In this document: positions 7,417-9,573 of the stretch, piece after piece | Position numbering within the stretch: position 1 is the stretch's first letter | Layout: each line of letters starts with the position of its first letter | Source: a virus | Taxonomy: Duplodnaviria > Heunggongvirae > Uroviricota > Caudoviricetes | IMG/VR virus record: IMGVR_UViG_2617270962_000004 | Span: 1 to 9,573 of that record | Reading direction: 5' to 3' (one strand) | DNA length: 9,573 nucleotides | Notes under the pieces: generated by a model | The model's input: only the letters and a program-made list of their open reading frames with translations | What the model was told of the DNA's origin: nothing | Databases searched by the model: none | Position numbers and translations under genes: made by a program

Positions 7417-7600
7417 GGTAAATTAGCAGTATCAAATGTGCCGCCGTTTTTTGATCTTTTGACTATTTGTTGAGCAGTCGGTATCAAAAAGAGTTTTCCG
7501 TCCGAAGTATACATCACCTGTTTTATTTCAGCATCTTACAGGTGATTTCACCTCCTTTCACTAAAACCCTTGTCGGTATCAAATGATTCACCTGGTTACA
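7417..7600. repeat. prophage terminus (attL-like) with three direct repeats of a putative transposase end-binding motif
   Basis: Direct repeats AGTATCAAATG (7428-7438), GGTATCAAAAA (7480-7490) and GGTATCAAATG (7575-7585). The element ends ...GGTTACA at 7600, so the other strand reads 5'-TGTAACC..., the 5'-TG terminus typical of Mu-like elements. The exact end is uncertain by a few bp. Confidence 0.55.
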
Positions 7601-8930
7601 CCCATGCGTCTTGATCGACAGAAGTTTTATAATGTGCATCGTTATAATCTACGATGCTGTCCGCGCTGTACGCTTTGCTGGCCTGGAAACCATCCGCAAC
7701 AATGACGCCGCCGTTATCAATTTCACAGGTAGTCGGGTTACCGTACTGACTCAATTCCGCAGCGGTAGCTGTACGCTCGAGACGCCATGGGTTATTGGAG
7801 TTTTCAGCGCTGGTACCCCGTGGGCAATCTTTAGACCCAACCCACCAGGCGTTCTTGTAAACATTACCATTGAAAATAACATGGTAAATTTCGCTACCTT
7901 CCTGGCCGCTCCACGCTTGCAATGAGTAATCGTTAACGCTATCCGCTGGTGTTGATGGCTCGCTGTTATCCGGAGTTGGGGTCACCGGTGTTTCCGGAGT
8001 TGGATCAACCGGAGTCACAGCACCGCCATTATTATCCGGCTTAACGGAACAGGAGCCAGGGTTACCATACTGGCTGATTTCTGTTGCCGTTGCCGCGCGA
8101 ACATAACGCCATGGGTTACTGGCATCGTTTTCTTTCGCATCGCCTGGGCAATTTGCCGCGCCTACCCACCAGGCGTTCTTATAAATGCCGCCGTTATAGA
8201 TAACGTACCATGTAGAAGAACCTTCCTGACCTTTCCAGGCTACTACAGCATAGTTGTCGTTTGACTTATCAGCTGGGGCTGGCTGAACATCAGGAGCCGG
8301 TTTAACGTCCGGTGCCGGTTTCACATCCGGTGAAGGCTGTGGTGCTGAAGTACAGGACTGTGGATTACTGGTTTCTGAGATTTCCGTTGCCGTAGCGGCA
8401 CGAACATAACGCCATGGGTTGCTGGCATCATTGCTTTTCGCATCACCCGGACAGTTAGAAGAGGCTACCCACCAGGCATTTTTATATACCGCACCATTAA
8501 AGACGACATACCAGGTCTGACCGCCCTGCTGTTTATTCCAGGCAACTACAGAAGAATTAGACGGAACAGTGCCCTGTGCTGGTGTAGCCGAACCGCCATT
8601 AGCCGGCGTATTGGATGCAGGCGTATTTGAATTTGAAGAAGATGAGCTGCCGCTCTTTTCGCAGGAAAGTGTATTGCCAAACTGACTAATTTCAGCAGCT
8701 GTTGCGGTACGCTTTAAACGCCACGGGTTAGTTGCATCATTTGCTTTCGCTTTTCCCGGGCAATTTGTAGAAGAAACCCACCAGGCATTTTCATAAATTT
8801 TGCCATCGAAAATAACCTGATATTTATTACCACCTTGTTGGTTATTCCATGCTTCCATTGCCAATGCTGGCAGAGCGGAACACACCAGCCCCATACCAAT
8901 CATAGATTTAGTAAATATATTTAATTTCAT
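7596..8930 (-). CDS. chiA: periplasmic endochitinase ChiA, 5' fragment (signal peptide plus four chitin-binding modules, 444 codons), truncated by the prophage insertion
   Basis: N-terminus MKLNIFTKSMIGMGLVCSALPALA is a signal peptide. Four about 65-aa modules repeat with the pattern AW...Y.V.FNG..Y.NAWWV...CPG...NPWR...TA.EIS, separated by S/T/P-rich linkers. RBS AAGGGA precedes the ATG. The last codon (GTG) and the TAA stop are supplied by the prophage end. E. coli ChiA is about 897 aa as I recall, so the catalytic domain is missing here. Confidence 0.85.
   Translation of the reverse strand: MKLNIFTKSMIGMGLVCSALPALAMEAWNNQQGGNKYQVIFDGKIYENAWWVSSTNCPGKAKANDATNPWRLKRTATAAEISQFGNTLSCEKSGSSSSSNSNTPASNTPANGGSATPAQGTVPSNSSVVAWNKQQGGQTWYVVFNGAVYKNAWWVASSNCPGDAKSNDASNPWRYVRAATATEISETSNPQSCTSAPQPSPDVKPAPDVKPAPDVQPAPADKSNDNYAVVAWKGQEGSSTWYVIYNGGIYKNAWWVGAANCPGDAKENDASNPWRYVRAATATEISQYGNPGSCSVKPDNNGGAVTPVDPTPETPVTPTPDNSEPSTPADSVNDYSLQAWSGQEGSEIYHVIFNGNVYKNAWWVGSKDCPRGTSAENSNNPWRLERTATAAELSQYGNPTTCEIDNGGVIVADGFQASKAYSADSIVDYNDAHYKTSVDQDAWV
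8277..8330 (-). repeat. in-frame 18-bp tandem repeat (3 units) encoding the linker PDVKPA PDVKPA PDVQPA within chiA
   Basis: Minus-strand units CCGGATGTGAAACCGGCA / CCGGACGTTAAACCGGCT / CCTGATGTTCAGCCAGCC, read directly from the sequence. Confidence 0.5.
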
Positions 8931-9170
8931 TATAATCCCTTGTGACGTAAAAACTGCAAAACAAAAGTCCTACGCAGGAATTATTTACGTTTTACGAGAA
9001 CCCTTCAATATGAATTAAAGTGCGGCATTAAAAATAAGAAAAAAGCCTGACAAATGAAGAATTTTAAAAACAGAAACATTCATATTTAAAATGTTAAATT
9101 GAATTGATATTTTAAATATGAATAATTTATTCGTTCTGACAGTACGAATAAGATATGCCGTCAACAAATG
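8931..9170 (-). promoter_or_regulatory. AT-rich chiA upstream region (promoter region, elements not individually assigned)
   Basis: 240-bp strongly AT-rich stretch between the tufA terminator and the chiA start. Contains a perfect 8-bp inverted repeat TTATTCGT-N9-ACGAATAA (9127-9151). Confidence 0.35.
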
Positions 9171-9197
9171 CAAAAAGGGCGCCGAAGCGCCCTTTTC
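9171..9197 (-). terminator. Rho-independent terminator of tufA (structurally bidirectional)
   Basis: CAAAAA-GGGCGC-CGAA-GCGCCC-TTTTC: a perfect 6-bp GC stem with a 4-nt loop. On the minus strand the stem is followed by TTTTTG, 25 nt after the tufA stop; the A-run on one side and T-run on the other allow termination in either direction. Confidence 0.8.
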
Positions 9198-9221
9198 AAT
9201 TCAAAACTAATTAACGTGTAA

Positions 9222-9573
<352 letters not shown>

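Larger units (their letters stand above)
1..7600. mobile_element. Mu-like transposable prophage, repressor-proximal (left) end; element continues beyond the window start
   Basis: Canonical Mu left-end order: terminal repeats, divergent repressor, ner, A, B, small-gene cluster, gam. It interrupts a host ORF (chiA) precisely at 7600/7601. Confidence 0.8.

Noticed and set aside
7417-7600. Possibility that the GTATCAAA direct repeats are a CRISPR array or satellite repeat
   Set aside because: Only three copies with irregular spacing (about 50 and 95 bp), no consistent repeat-spacer structure, and a position at the terminus of a transposable prophage. Transposase end-binding sites explain them better.
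7611-7925. 104-aa + strand ORF at the chiA 3' region
   Set aside because: Antisense to the chiA fragment, whose repeated domain structure strongly supports the minus-strand frame. A second shadow ORF at 8714-8899 was rejected for the same reason.

Overview
This window holds the repressor-proximal (left, c-type) end of a Mu-like transposable prophage (1 to about 7600) inserted into the host chitinase gene chiA, immediately downstream of the 3' end of tufA; the flanking host genes and the gene order match Escherichia coli or a close relative. The prophage early operon runs on the minus strand: Ner-like regulator, MuA-like DDE transposase, MuB-like AAA+ ATPase, a tightly packed, translationally coupled cluster of five small unknown genes, a Gam (Ku-like) homologue, and two further unknown genes. 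A divergent XRE-type HTH repressor faces the prophage terminus, which carries three direct copies of a GTATCAAA motif and ends in CA at about 7600. The chiA reading frame ends exactly at the prophage terminus after 444 codons, leaving a signal peptide plus four chitin-binding modules but no catalytic domain. I saw no tRNA, rRNA or CRISPR array. All protein identifications rest on my reading of the translations against remembered Mu, E. coli ChiA and EF-Tu sequences; no database search was run. The most promising place for undescribed biology is the small-gene cluster between B and gam (1753-3091), which contains a duplicated small-protein family.
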